Shown here in pieces: positions 8,771 to 16,280 of a stretch of DNA of 64,000 nt (the stretch's first letter is position 1; every line of letters begins with the position of its first letter). Below the pieces are notes generated by a model. That model worked only from the letters and a program-made list of their open reading frames with translations. It was not told the DNA's origin and did no database searches. The DNA comes from an uncultured Rhizobiaceae bacterium (GTDB taxonomy: Bacteria > Pseudomonadota > Alphaproteobacteria > SMXQ01). The position numbers were made by a program, and so were the translations under genes. The stretch is from contig CAZOBN010000003.1 in the NCBI GenBank assembly GCA_964577835.1, forward strand, positions 490 to 64,489. The letters run 5' to 3'.

Positions 8771-9718
8771 TCACCGTCTGCGCGGCGTGCAAAGTTCGAT
8801 GAAGTTTCCGCCCGGATCGCGGAAGTAAACGGACGCTTCCAGGATGCTCGACGTCGGGTGGACGACCGGCCCCTCGACGGCCTTTCCGGTCGCCGCGATC
8901 AGCTTTGCCGCCCGCGCCAGTTCGTCGCGGGATGCCGCGAGCGCGATGCGCGGCGTGCCGGTCGCCTGCTCCTCCGGCGGCTCCTGGAAATGCTTGTTGG
9001 CGAGAAACACGCCGACGACCGCGTCGCCCATGCGGTAAAACAGTTGCATGTTGCAGCGGGGCACGGTTTTGCGATTGACCATCACCGTATAGCGTTGGTC
9101 GAGCCGCCGGGTTCCGGGCGCCATGTTCTCCTCGCCGGAGGCCCACTTGCGCGCGCGCACGTAATCGGCGGTCTGCCAACCGACGCGGTGATCGACCGCG
9201 AGCCCGAGATCCTCGCCATAGAATTTTTCGGTCCACAGGATATCGGCGACCTGCACGGCGGCATGATCGATGCCGAGCACGCCGCTGCCTTTGGCACCCT
9301 GGACAGCGACCAACTGCACGCGGTTGCCGGACGGGTCGAAGACGTAGAAGTTATCGTTCTCCTCCGCCGGCCGGTCCTCCTTGTAGGTGAACGCGGTCGC
9401 GCCCCTGGCGGCGAGCCGCGCTCCGATCGCGTCGCGCTCCGCCGCGCTCACCCGGTAGGCCTGATGCACGCCGGTCTCGCGCAGGTCCAGCATGGCGACC
9501 GTCGGAACCAGCGCGAGCATCTGCCCCGACGCGGCGCGCAGGGCGGTATGGCTGCCGCAATGGGGGATCACGTCGGTACCGAATTCGGCGAAGCCCAGAT
9601 CCTTGTAGAAATCCTTGGCCGCGGCCAGGTCCGAGACCGCCACAGCGAGATGGTCGATGCCGTCCACTGTGAGGGAACGTACCAATCGCGGGGAAGCCAG
9701 CGCGTCCACGATGCTCAC
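8771..9718 (-). CDS. VOC-family protein with two tandem glyoxalase/extradiol-dioxygenase modules
   Basis: Repeated module starts IDHLAVAVSDLAAAKDFY and IDHAAVQVADILWTEKFY. The GTG start at 9718 overlaps the TGA of the upstream gene (GTGA). Confidence 0.7.
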   Translation of the reverse strand: MSIVDALASPRLVRSLTVDGIDHLAVAVSDLAAAKDFYKDLGFAEFGTDVIPHCGSHTALRAASGQMLALVPTVAMLDLRETGVHQAYRVSAAERDAIGARLAARGATAFTYKEDRPAEENDNFYVFDPSGNRVQLVAVQGAKGSGVLGIDHAAVQVADILWTEKFYGEDLGLAVDHRVGWQTADYVRARKWASGEENMAPGTRRLDQRYTVMVNRKTVPRCNMQLFYRMGDAVVGVFLANKHFQEPPEEQATGTPRIALAASRDELARAAKLIAATGKAVEGPVVHPTSSILEASVYFRDPGGNFIELCTPRRR

Positions 9719-10182
9719 TCCACATCCATGATGGGCGTTTCGTCATACTTGACGTTTTCGTCGCGGCGCCACAGCACCTCGAGGAAATTGCCGCTCGGAT
9801 CCTTGAAATAGATCGACTGTCCGAACGGGCCCTTCTCCGGATGATCGACCGGGCCCTGGTAGGGGATGCCGCGCTGCTTGAGCACGCCGATCGTGTTGGC
9901 GAAACGGGCTTTCGAAACCGTGAAGGCGTGCCGGAAACCATGGGCGCCGCGCAGCTGCTCGTCCGGCGGCATGGGCATGAAATCGCCGGCCAGGGCCAAC
10001 GCGATCAGATAGTCCTCGAGCATCACCGATTTGTGGACCGAGCGGCCCTTGATGGTGTCCTCGGTGATGAAGTTGACGCCGGCGTGCGGATGCGCGCCGA
10101 GAATACCGCAGTAGAAATCTTCCGCTTCCTTGAGGTCATGAACGCAGATCGCGCTATGGCTCAGGCTCTGTACTTCGGCCAT
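9715..10182 (-). CDS. VOC-family protein (single glyoxalase/dioxygenase module)
   Basis: 155 aa, LSHSAICVHDLKEAEDFYCGILG.... An AAGGAGA SD precedes ATG 10182. Confidence 0.7.
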   Translation of the reverse strand: MAEVQSLSHSAICVHDLKEAEDFYCGILGAHPHAGVNFITEDTIKGRSVHKSVMLEDYLIALALAGDFMPMPPDEQLRGAHGFRHAFTVSKARFANTIGVLKQRGIPYQGPVDHPEKGPFGQSIYFKDPSGNFLEVLWRRDENVKYDETPIMDVE

Positions 10183-10195
10183 GGGCTTGTCTCCT

Positions 10196-10996
10196 TCAGG
10201 CGCTCGCGGTGCTGCTCGCCGCCGCGCATTCCGCCGACGTGAGTTGGCTCGGGTCGAATTCGTCGCGCAGGATGGCTTCGTCGGGCCGCACGGTGATGGT
10301 GCCGTCGGCGGCGATCGAGACCGGATGCAGGCGTAGCGGCGGCAGTTCGCGCCCGAAGGTCACGCACTCGCCTTTGCGGTTGTAGACCGCGCCATGCATC
10401 GGGCAATAGAACTGCCAATGCTCCTTCTTCCAGGTGAGCAGGCCGTTCATGTGGGTGCACCAGCGCGAAACCGCGAGAAAACCGTCCTGCATGCGCACCA
10501 GGAAGAACTTGCCCTTCACGAAGGCCTTGACCGATCCGACGGCGTAGTCGGCCACATTGCCGCAGACGATCTCGCCGACATTCTCGGTGATGATCTCCTT
10601 CGCGTCGGGCCCGTAGGACTGCACTTGATAGCGATGACCGTCGGGATCGAACACGTCGAGGCTGCGTTCGCCCTTGGCGCGGAAGTCCTTGCGGCTGTCC
10701 GTGATATCGAAGCCCATGGACTGCAGCCGTGCCTCGGCGCGGCCGAATTGCTCGGGCGTCAGAAGCCAGGCGTGATGGATGCTGCTGCTGTTGGGGCGGA
10801 AGGGCACCACTTCGGGCACCTTGACCAGCAGGAGGCGCTGGCGGGTGTTCATGGCGAGCAGCGAATTCTCGCCCTCGTCGCTGACCAGGTTGCGGCCGAC
10901 CACGTCGAGGCCGAACACCTCCTGGTAGAACGTCTCCGATCGATCGAGGTCCGTGACATGGACGACGAGATGGCTGAAGCCGTCGACAAGGGCCAT
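10196..10996 (-). CDS. Fusion protein: N-terminal VOC module + C-terminal Rieske [2Fe-2S] ferredoxin-type domain
   Basis: N-terminal FSHLVVHVTDLDRSETFYQEVFG (VOC). C-terminal WCTHMNGLLTWKKEHWQFYCPMHGAVY (C-x-H...C-x2-H). Start set at MALVDGF (ATG 10996, GGGAGAAG SD). Confidence 0.7.
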   Translation of the reverse strand: MALVDGFSHLVVHVTDLDRSETFYQEVFGLDVVGRNLVSDEGENSLLAMNTRQRLLLVKVPEVVPFRPNSSSIHHAWLLTPEQFGRAEARLQSMGFDITDSRKDFRAKGERSLDVFDPDGHRYQVQSYGPDAKEIITENVGEIVCGNVADYAVGSVKAFVKGKFFLVRMQDGFLAVSRWCTHMNGLLTWKKEHWQFYCPMHGAVYNRKGECVTFGRELPPLRLHPVSIAADGTITVRPDEAILRDEFDPSQLTSAECAAASSTASA

Positions 10997-11088
10997 CGTA
11001 CTTCTCCCAGCGAGCGCAACAGCCTGCGCCAAGCTCCCAGCCGGCGCGCTTGGCGCATCCAGCTCTCCGTGATCCGCAGGTCTCGCGC

Positions 11089-11193
11089 CTAGACCATGAT
11101 CCGCTTCCGTGGAATCGGATCATGGTCTCGAGTCTTGATTTCGTCGCGTTTTCTACGCCGAACCGGTATCCACTTCGGCGGAAAACGCTCTAG
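11089..11193 (+). mobile_element. 105-bp CTAG-bounded double-hairpin MITE, copy A
   Basis: CTAGACCATGATCCG...CGGATCATGGTCTCGAG...CGTTTTCTACGCCGAA...TTCGGCGGAAAACGCTCTAG. Same length and architecture as copies at 36605..36709 and 45825..45929. Confidence 0.8.
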
Positions 11194-11317
11194 CGCGGTT
11201 TCGCTGCGTCTGTCACACATTCTTAACCGCAGGGGGATTTTTGTTTAGTGGGATAATGCGCAAAACATTCTTGCAGAAATATGCGTAATTATAATATATT
11301 AATGTAAAATCAATGAG

Positions 11318-12229
11318 TTATTTAATTTCGCTATCTACTGATTTCTTGCGCATAAAGGTCCCCAGGAAGTCGAGGAAGACGCGCACCCGGAGCGGCTGGT
11401 GGGCGCTGCGGGGAAAAAACGCCTTGATGCTGCGCCCCCAGCCGACGACGTTCCGAAACAGCGGCACCAGCGTGCCGGACCGCAGATCGTCGCTCACCGC
11501 GTAATGCGGCAGGCGCGCGATGCCGAGGCCGCCCATGACCGCCTCGTAAAGCGCAATTCCGTTGTTGGTGCGCAGGTTGCCGCTGACGATCACCGAAAAA
11601 GTTTCGCCGCTATCCTGGAAACGCCATTCGTTGGCGCGCGTCTGTCCCGTATGGATGAGGCAATTGAAGTTCTTGAGATCGCGCGGCTCGGCCGGCGTGC
11701 CGAACTTGGCGAGGAAGCCGGGCGTGGCACAGATCGAATACCGCACCGGACTCAATTCGCGCAGTGCCAGGCTGCTGTCGTTGACCTGCGCGCTGCGGAT
11801 GACGACATCGAATCCCTCTTCGAGGACGTTCACCGCATGGGAGCCGATGTTCAGGTCGATGTTCAGGTCGGGATAGTGGGAGAGGAATTCGCGCACCGCG
11901 GGCGCCACCAACCGCTGGCCGAGACCAAGGGTGGCATGCACGCGCAAGGTGCCCTTGATCTCCGCGTTATGCGCCGAGGCCATGCTGCGCGCCTTGTCCA
12001 GGTCGCGCATGATGCGGGCGCATTGCTCGTAGAAATCGACCGCGATGTCGGTCAGCACCAGCCGGCGCGTCGAGCGCTTGATGAGCTGGATGCCCAGCCC
12101 CGCTTCGAGATGGCTGATATGACGGCTGACGGCGGAAGGCGACAGGTTGAGGTCGCGCGCGGCGGCGGTGAAGCTCTGCTTCTCGACGACGCGCACGAAC
12201 ACCACGATATCGCTGAGATTGTTGTCCAT
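11318..12229 (-). CDS. LysR-family transcriptional regulator
   Basis: The N-terminal HTH FTAAARDLNLSPSAVSRHISHLEAGLGIQLIKRSTRRLVLT and the 303-aa length are typical of LysR regulators. Confidence 0.85.
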   Translation of the reverse strand: MDNNLSDIVVFVRVVEKQSFTAAARDLNLSPSAVSRHISHLEAGLGIQLIKRSTRRLVLTDIAVDFYEQCARIMRDLDKARSMASAHNAEIKGTLRVHATLGLGQRLVAPAVREFLSHYPDLNIDLNIGSHAVNVLEEGFDVVIRSAQVNDSSLALRELSPVRYSICATPGFLAKFGTPAEPRDLKNFNCLIHTGQTRANEWRFQDSGETFSVIVSGNLRTNNGIALYEAVMGGLGIARLPHYAVSDDLRSGTLVPLFRNVVGWGRSIKAFFPRSAHQPLRVRVFLDFLGTFMRKKSVDSEIK

Positions 12230-12338
12230 CGCCGCGCCATCATCTCCTGCTGTCCATCGTGGAACGATGTTAACCGCGGCGGCGGATTTTCCCAGCCTTA
12301 TTCCGGTGCCTTTGGGCCCTGGTTAGCCTATTGCGCCA

Positions 12339-13274
12339 TCAGTCTTTCCGGACGCGCGGATAGGGCTGTCCGCGCTCGACCTTGATGCCCTTGATCACTT
12401 CCTTGATCACGCCGCACAGCGGCAGGCTGACGCGTGCCTCGTCGGCTTCGTGCAGCACGAGCGACATGTCCTTTTCGGCCCACGGCATGGGAAGATCGAC
12501 GTTGTGCATCTCGAGCGCCCAGTTGCGCGCGCTCGACTGCAGCAGCGCCTGACGGAGCGGCTCCTGCTCGACACCGAGCGTGCGGGCGAGCTTGAGGCCC
12601 TCGTCGTTGGCCGATATGCAGGCCCACAGGATCAGGTTGTTGACCATTTTGCCGACCTGGCCGGCGCCGAGCGCGCCCAGATAATGAATCGAGGTGGCGA
12701 AGGTTCCGAACGCCGGACGGCAGCGCGCAAAGGCGGCCTCCTCGCCGCCGCCGAGCAGCAGCAATTCGCCCGCTTCCGCCGCCGGCTCGCCGCGGCACAA
12801 CGGCGCGTCGACGAAGGTGACCTTCTTGCGGGTGCGCGCGGCCCGTTCCGGCAGCTCGCGCATGTAGCTCGGCGAGATGGTCGAGGCGATGGCGACCGTG
12901 AGGCCCGGCTTGGCCCCTGCCATGATGCCCTGCGGACCGAACAGCGCCTTGTCGACCTCGGAGTCGAAGCCGACGATGACGATGACGAGGTCGCTCGCCG
13001 CCGCCACCTGGGCGGGCGATTTGACGACCTTCGCGCCGACGGCGCGCGCCTTGGCGATCGCCGTCGGATTGACGTCGAAACCGGTGACGGTGAACCCCTT
13101 GGTGGCCAGGTGACGGGCCATCGGCAGGCCCATCTTGCCGAGTCCGATAAGGCCGACCTTCCTGATGGTCTGTTTCGCCGCGCCGCGTCCGGTATTTTCC
13201 GCCACTGCTTTCCTCGGGCGGCCGGTCTTCCCGGCCGCCATCTTCGTCGTCGTCGTCTTCGCCACGCTACTCAT
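12339..13274 (-). CDS. NAD(P)-dependent beta-hydroxyacid dehydrogenase (3-hydroxyisobutyrate dehydrogenase family)
   Basis: Rossmann motif VGLIGLGKMGLPMARHL. The ORF track runs the frame on to 13970, but that part overlaps the Bug gene. Start is uncertain: ATG 13274 or GTG 13265. Confidence 0.75.
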   Translation of the reverse strand: MSSVAKTTTTKMAAGKTGRPRKAVAENTGRGAAKQTIRKVGLIGLGKMGLPMARHLATKGFTVTGFDVNPTAIAKARAVGAKVVKSPAQVAAASDLVIVIVGFDSEVDKALFGPQGIMAGAKPGLTVAIASTISPSYMRELPERAARTRKKVTFVDAPLCRGEPAAEAGELLLLGGGEEAAFARCRPAFGTFATSIHYLGALGAGQVGKMVNNLILWACISANDEGLKLARTLGVEQEPLRQALLQSSARNWALEMHNVDLPMPWAEKDMSLVLHEADEARVSLPLCGVIKEVIKGIKVERGQPYPRVRKD

Positions 13275-13315
13275 CCTCTCAGGGGCGGCGGCATGCCGCC
13301 TGAACCAATCGTTCG

Positions 13316-14353
13316 CTACTTCGCCGGGCCGCCGCGGCTGACTTTCTTGGCGCGCTCCAGCAACGCGCCCTCCAGGCTGGTCACCTCGTTGATCAGCGCC
13401 GTGAGCTGTTCGCCCGAAAGCACCTTCAATTCCATCTTGGCCTTTTTTGCCTCGGCCAGCAGATCGGGATCCTTCACGGTGGCGTCGAACGCGGCGCGCA
13501 GCGCCTTGACGCGATCGGCGGGCACCTTGGGCGGCGTGACGATCGAGCGGCCGACGGTGGTGTAGGAGGAATAGAAGTTCAGCAGCTTGCGCTCGTCCTC
13601 GTCGCGAGCGAGCTGGATCAGGGTCGGCACGCCCGGCAGGTCGGGCGCCGGCTCGATCGAGGCCTGATAGACGATGTTGAGCTTGCGCTCGCGGATCCAG
13701 TCGCGCTCGATGCGCCAGAGCGTGCTGGCGGAACCTTCGACCTCGCCGCGCTCGAGCGCCAGGCGGATCTGCGCGCTGCCCTCGTAGCCGGAAATGATCT
13801 TGAACTTGGTGCCGAGCAGGCCGTTGACGGCGGTGACATTGAGCGCCGTGGCGGAGCCCGCGCCGGGCACGCCGACCATGACTTCCTTGGTCAGCGCCTC
13901 CTTGATCGTCGCGGGCGACCCGGGCAGCGTCACCATGACCGGATCGGAATCCGCCATGCGGCCGATCCAATTGAAGTCGCGGGCGACGAACTTGGCGGCG
14001 GGGTCGCCGAGCACCTGGCTGATCACCAGGGATTCGCCGATCATGCCGAGCGCGGTGCCGTCCTTCGGCAGCACGTTATAGAGCTCGTTGGCGAGCTTGA
14101 AGCTGCCGGCGCCGGGCTCGTTCTTCGGAATCACGTTGGGCTTGCCGGCGAGATGCTTGCCGAGATGGCGCGCCAGCAGGCGCGAATAGAGATCGTAGCC
14201 GCCGCCCGCGCCGTAGCCGATATAGACCGTCACGGTCTTCGATTTGTAGAAATCCTCGGCCGACTGGGCCGCGGCTGGGCCAGCCATGACTGCGATCGCA
14301 GCAGCCGAGATCAGTGCCGCCGCGAGGCGACGCTTCGTCAGAATTCCGGTCAT
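13316..14353 (-). CDS. Bug-family (TctC-like) tripartite tricarboxylate transporter substrate-binding protein
   Basis: Signal peptide MTGILTKRRLAAALISAAAIAVMAGPAAA (ATG 14353, GGAGGA SD). Signature region TVYIGYGAGGGYDLYSRLLARHLGKHLAGKPNVIPKNEPGAGS. Confidence 0.8.
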   Translation of the reverse strand: MTGILTKRRLAAALISAAAIAVMAGPAAAQSAEDFYKSKTVTVYIGYGAGGGYDLYSRLLARHLGKHLAGKPNVIPKNEPGAGSFKLANELYNVLPKDGTALGMIGESLVISQVLGDPAAKFVARDFNWIGRMADSDPVMVTLPGSPATIKEALTKEVMVGVPGAGSATALNVTAVNGLLGTKFKIISGYEGSAQIRLALERGEVEGSASTLWRIERDWIRERKLNIVYQASIEPAPDLPGVPTLIQLARDEDERKLLNFYSSYTTVGRSIVTPPKVPADRVKALRAAFDATVKDPDLLAEAKKAKMELKVLSGEQLTALINEVTSLEGALLERAKKVSRGGPAK

Positions 14354-14452
14354 GAGGGTCCTCCCCGTGTGAAGCCGTGCGGCTATTGCCGTCACAGCAT
14401 GCTGTAAAGAGATAAGGGCCGCCCGATTCCGCCGGTGCGGCCCTTACGTCGA

Positions 14453-15190
14453 TCACTTGTCGATCTGAAGCATCTCGTAGGCGAGCGCCACGCGGAATGC
14501 CCGGTCGAGCACCGCGCAGATCTGCGCGCCTTCCAAGGCGATCTGATAGCTGTACTCGTCCTTCACGTTATCGGCGATGGTATCCCAGATCGAGTCCGAG
14601 TGATCCATGTCGGCTTCGACGTGGACGTTGGACGAGATCAGCAGCTTCGAGTCGACCTTGAGCTCCTTCACCATCTTGTCGCGGAAACGGGAGGAGAAAC
14701 CGCCGCCACGCACGAGGCGGTTGTTGTTGCGGCGCTCGAGGAAGTGGGCGAACGTCATGGCGCCGAGCCACGGCAGCGAACTGGAGGCGTTGTTGAACGC
14801 CATCAGAGTCGCCTGGATGAGCGGCGACGGCTTCGCCTTGGCGAGGTCCGCCTCGCTGACGCCGAGCGCGATGGCTTCCTTCGACATCAGGGCGCGGTGA
14901 TCGGCGCCGCCGCGCGGGTCATGGAACAACTCGTCCTTCTCATGCTCCCAGATCAAGCGCTTCACATCCCACGGCGCCTTGGCCTGGACATAGGCCCAGC
15001 CTTCGCGACGGTTGACGTTGTAGAACACCATCTGGATGGCGACGTGCTGGGCGCGCTTCATGGTGAGCGGCGTGTTGAAAAGCAGCTCGAATTCGGGCGT
15101 GGTGAATTGCGCGTTGGCGAGCGCGGTCAACTCGGTGGCCAACCGGTCCACCCAACTGTCCTTCTTCGTCGCGGCTGATGTCGCGTTCAT
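14453..15190 (-). CDS. Heme-oxygenase-like fold protein (TenA/PqqC/iron-containing redox enzyme family)
   Basis: 245 aa, predicted all-helical, with acidic/His clusters WEHEKDELFHD and HVEADMDHSD resembling di-iron ligand motifs of this fold. Functional call is tentative. Confidence 0.5.
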   Translation of the reverse strand: MNATSAATKKDSWVDRLATELTALANAQFTTPEFELLFNTPLTMKRAQHVAIQMVFYNVNRREGWAYVQAKAPWDVKRLIWEHEKDELFHDPRGGADHRALMSKEAIALGVSEADLAKAKPSPLIQATLMAFNNASSSLPWLGAMTFAHFLERRNNNRLVRGGGFSSRFRDKMVKELKVDSKLLISSNVHVEADMDHSDSIWDTIADNVKDEYSYQIALEGAQICAVLDRAFRVALAYEMLQIDK

Positions 15191-15245
15191 AATCTTGGTC
15201 CTCCTTTTACTAAACTGGATGAGAATGATCGCTGATGAGGAAGCC

Positions 15246-16247
15246 TCAGAGCGTCGCTGTTTCGCGGCGCATAAGGCCGAAATGCTTCAGAATCGGCTCA
15301 TCGCTGACGCTGAACAGAATGGCGCCGTCTTCGGCGGCAACGTGGTGGTCGTGCCAAGTCCAGCCGGGCATGACGAAGATATCGCCCTGCTCCCAGTCCA
15401 GCGTCACGTCGCCGCCGCGGGTGCGGCCCTTGCCGGTGACCACGTGGTAGATGATGTTTGCCGTCTGGCGCGCTGACAGGGTCTCCTCGCCGGCCGCGAA
15501 GCGATGCAGCCGGCAGGCCATGGTCGGCAGCGTGCTCGCGGCGCCGCCGGGCCCGCGAAAATCGAGGGTGACGCCCATGGACGGATCGTGCGCGTCCTTG
15601 GCCTTGAGCGCCGCGAAACTGTCGCGGCCCTTGAATACGAACGGCGACGGGGTTGCGCCGGCATTGCGCAGCGGCTGCTGCAACTGGCCGTAGGGCTGAT
15701 AGAAAATGCTGCCGAGGTGATTGGTGAAGGGAAAGTCGTGGACGTCGATCCAGATGCTCGGAATGTCGCCCTCGTGGCCATGATCGTGCCACGCCCATTG
15801 CGGCGTGAGAATCAGATCGCCGGCTTCCATGGTGAGCTTCTCGCCTTCCACCGTCGTGAAGCCGCCGCGGCCCTCGAGCACGAAGCGGAAGGCGCCCATG
15901 GTATGGCGGTGGGCCTCGGCGATCTCGCCCGGCTTGACCAGTTGGACGGACGCGTGGATCGTCGGCGTCGTCCAGTTCAGACCATGGCCGGGCGTGCAGA
16001 GCCGCACCGTGCGGCGCGACGCGCCGCCTTCGATGCCGCGCATCTCACCCGCCCGCCATAGCAGGCGCCGGATGTCGTGCCAGCGCCACAGGTACGGCTT
16101 GGCATAGGGTTTCGGCTCGGGCGGAACTCCGCCGACCAGCTTCCAATGGCCTTCCAGATTGTACTGCGCGATCTCCTCGTCCAAACGCACGAGGTCGTCA
16201 TCGACCATCGATCCGCCAGCGGGAGCCGTTGCTGAAATTCCGCCCAT
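15246..16247 (-). CDS. Bicupin dioxygenase, gentisate 1,2-dioxygenase-like
   Basis: Cupin metal motifs AEAHRHTMGAFRFVLEG and WAWHDHGHEG, plus PYLWRWHDIRRLLWRAGE, resemble the gentisate dioxygenase family. A GAGGA SD lies 6 nt before ATG 16247. Confidence 0.7.
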   Translation of the reverse strand: MGGISATAPAGGSMVDDDLVRLDEEIAQYNLEGHWKLVGGVPPEPKPYAKPYLWRWHDIRRLLWRAGEMRGIEGGASRRTVRLCTPGHGLNWTTPTIHASVQLVKPGEIAEAHRHTMGAFRFVLEGRGGFTTVEGEKLTMEAGDLILTPQWAWHDHGHEGDIPSIWIDVHDFPFTNHLGSIFYQPYGQLQQPLRNAGATPSPFVFKGRDSFAALKAKDAHDPSMGVTLDFRGPGGAASTLPTMACRLHRFAAGEETLSARQTANIIYHVVTGKGRTRGGDVTLDWEQGDIFVMPGWTWHDHHVAAEDGAILFSVSDEPILKHFGLMRRETATL

Positions 16248-16280
16248 GCCTGATCCTCTACGCTACGCTTGAGTGAATGA

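Noticed and set aside
6821-9811. Very long plus-strand ORF (996 aa). Similar giants occur at 28585..31347 (920 aa), 26641..28461 (606 aa), 52085..54040 (651 aa), 37300..39087 (595 aa) and 46609..48063 (484 aa).
   Set aside because: All lie antisense to well-supported genes, are Arg/Ala/Gly/His-rich with no recognisable domains and lack SD sequences. Stop-poor antisense frames are expected in high-G+C DNA.
12339-13970. 543-aa ORF taken as a single gene.
   Set aside because: The part upstream of about 13274 overlaps the Bug receptor gene in another frame and is Arg/Gly-rich junk. The real product starts just before the Rossmann motif region.
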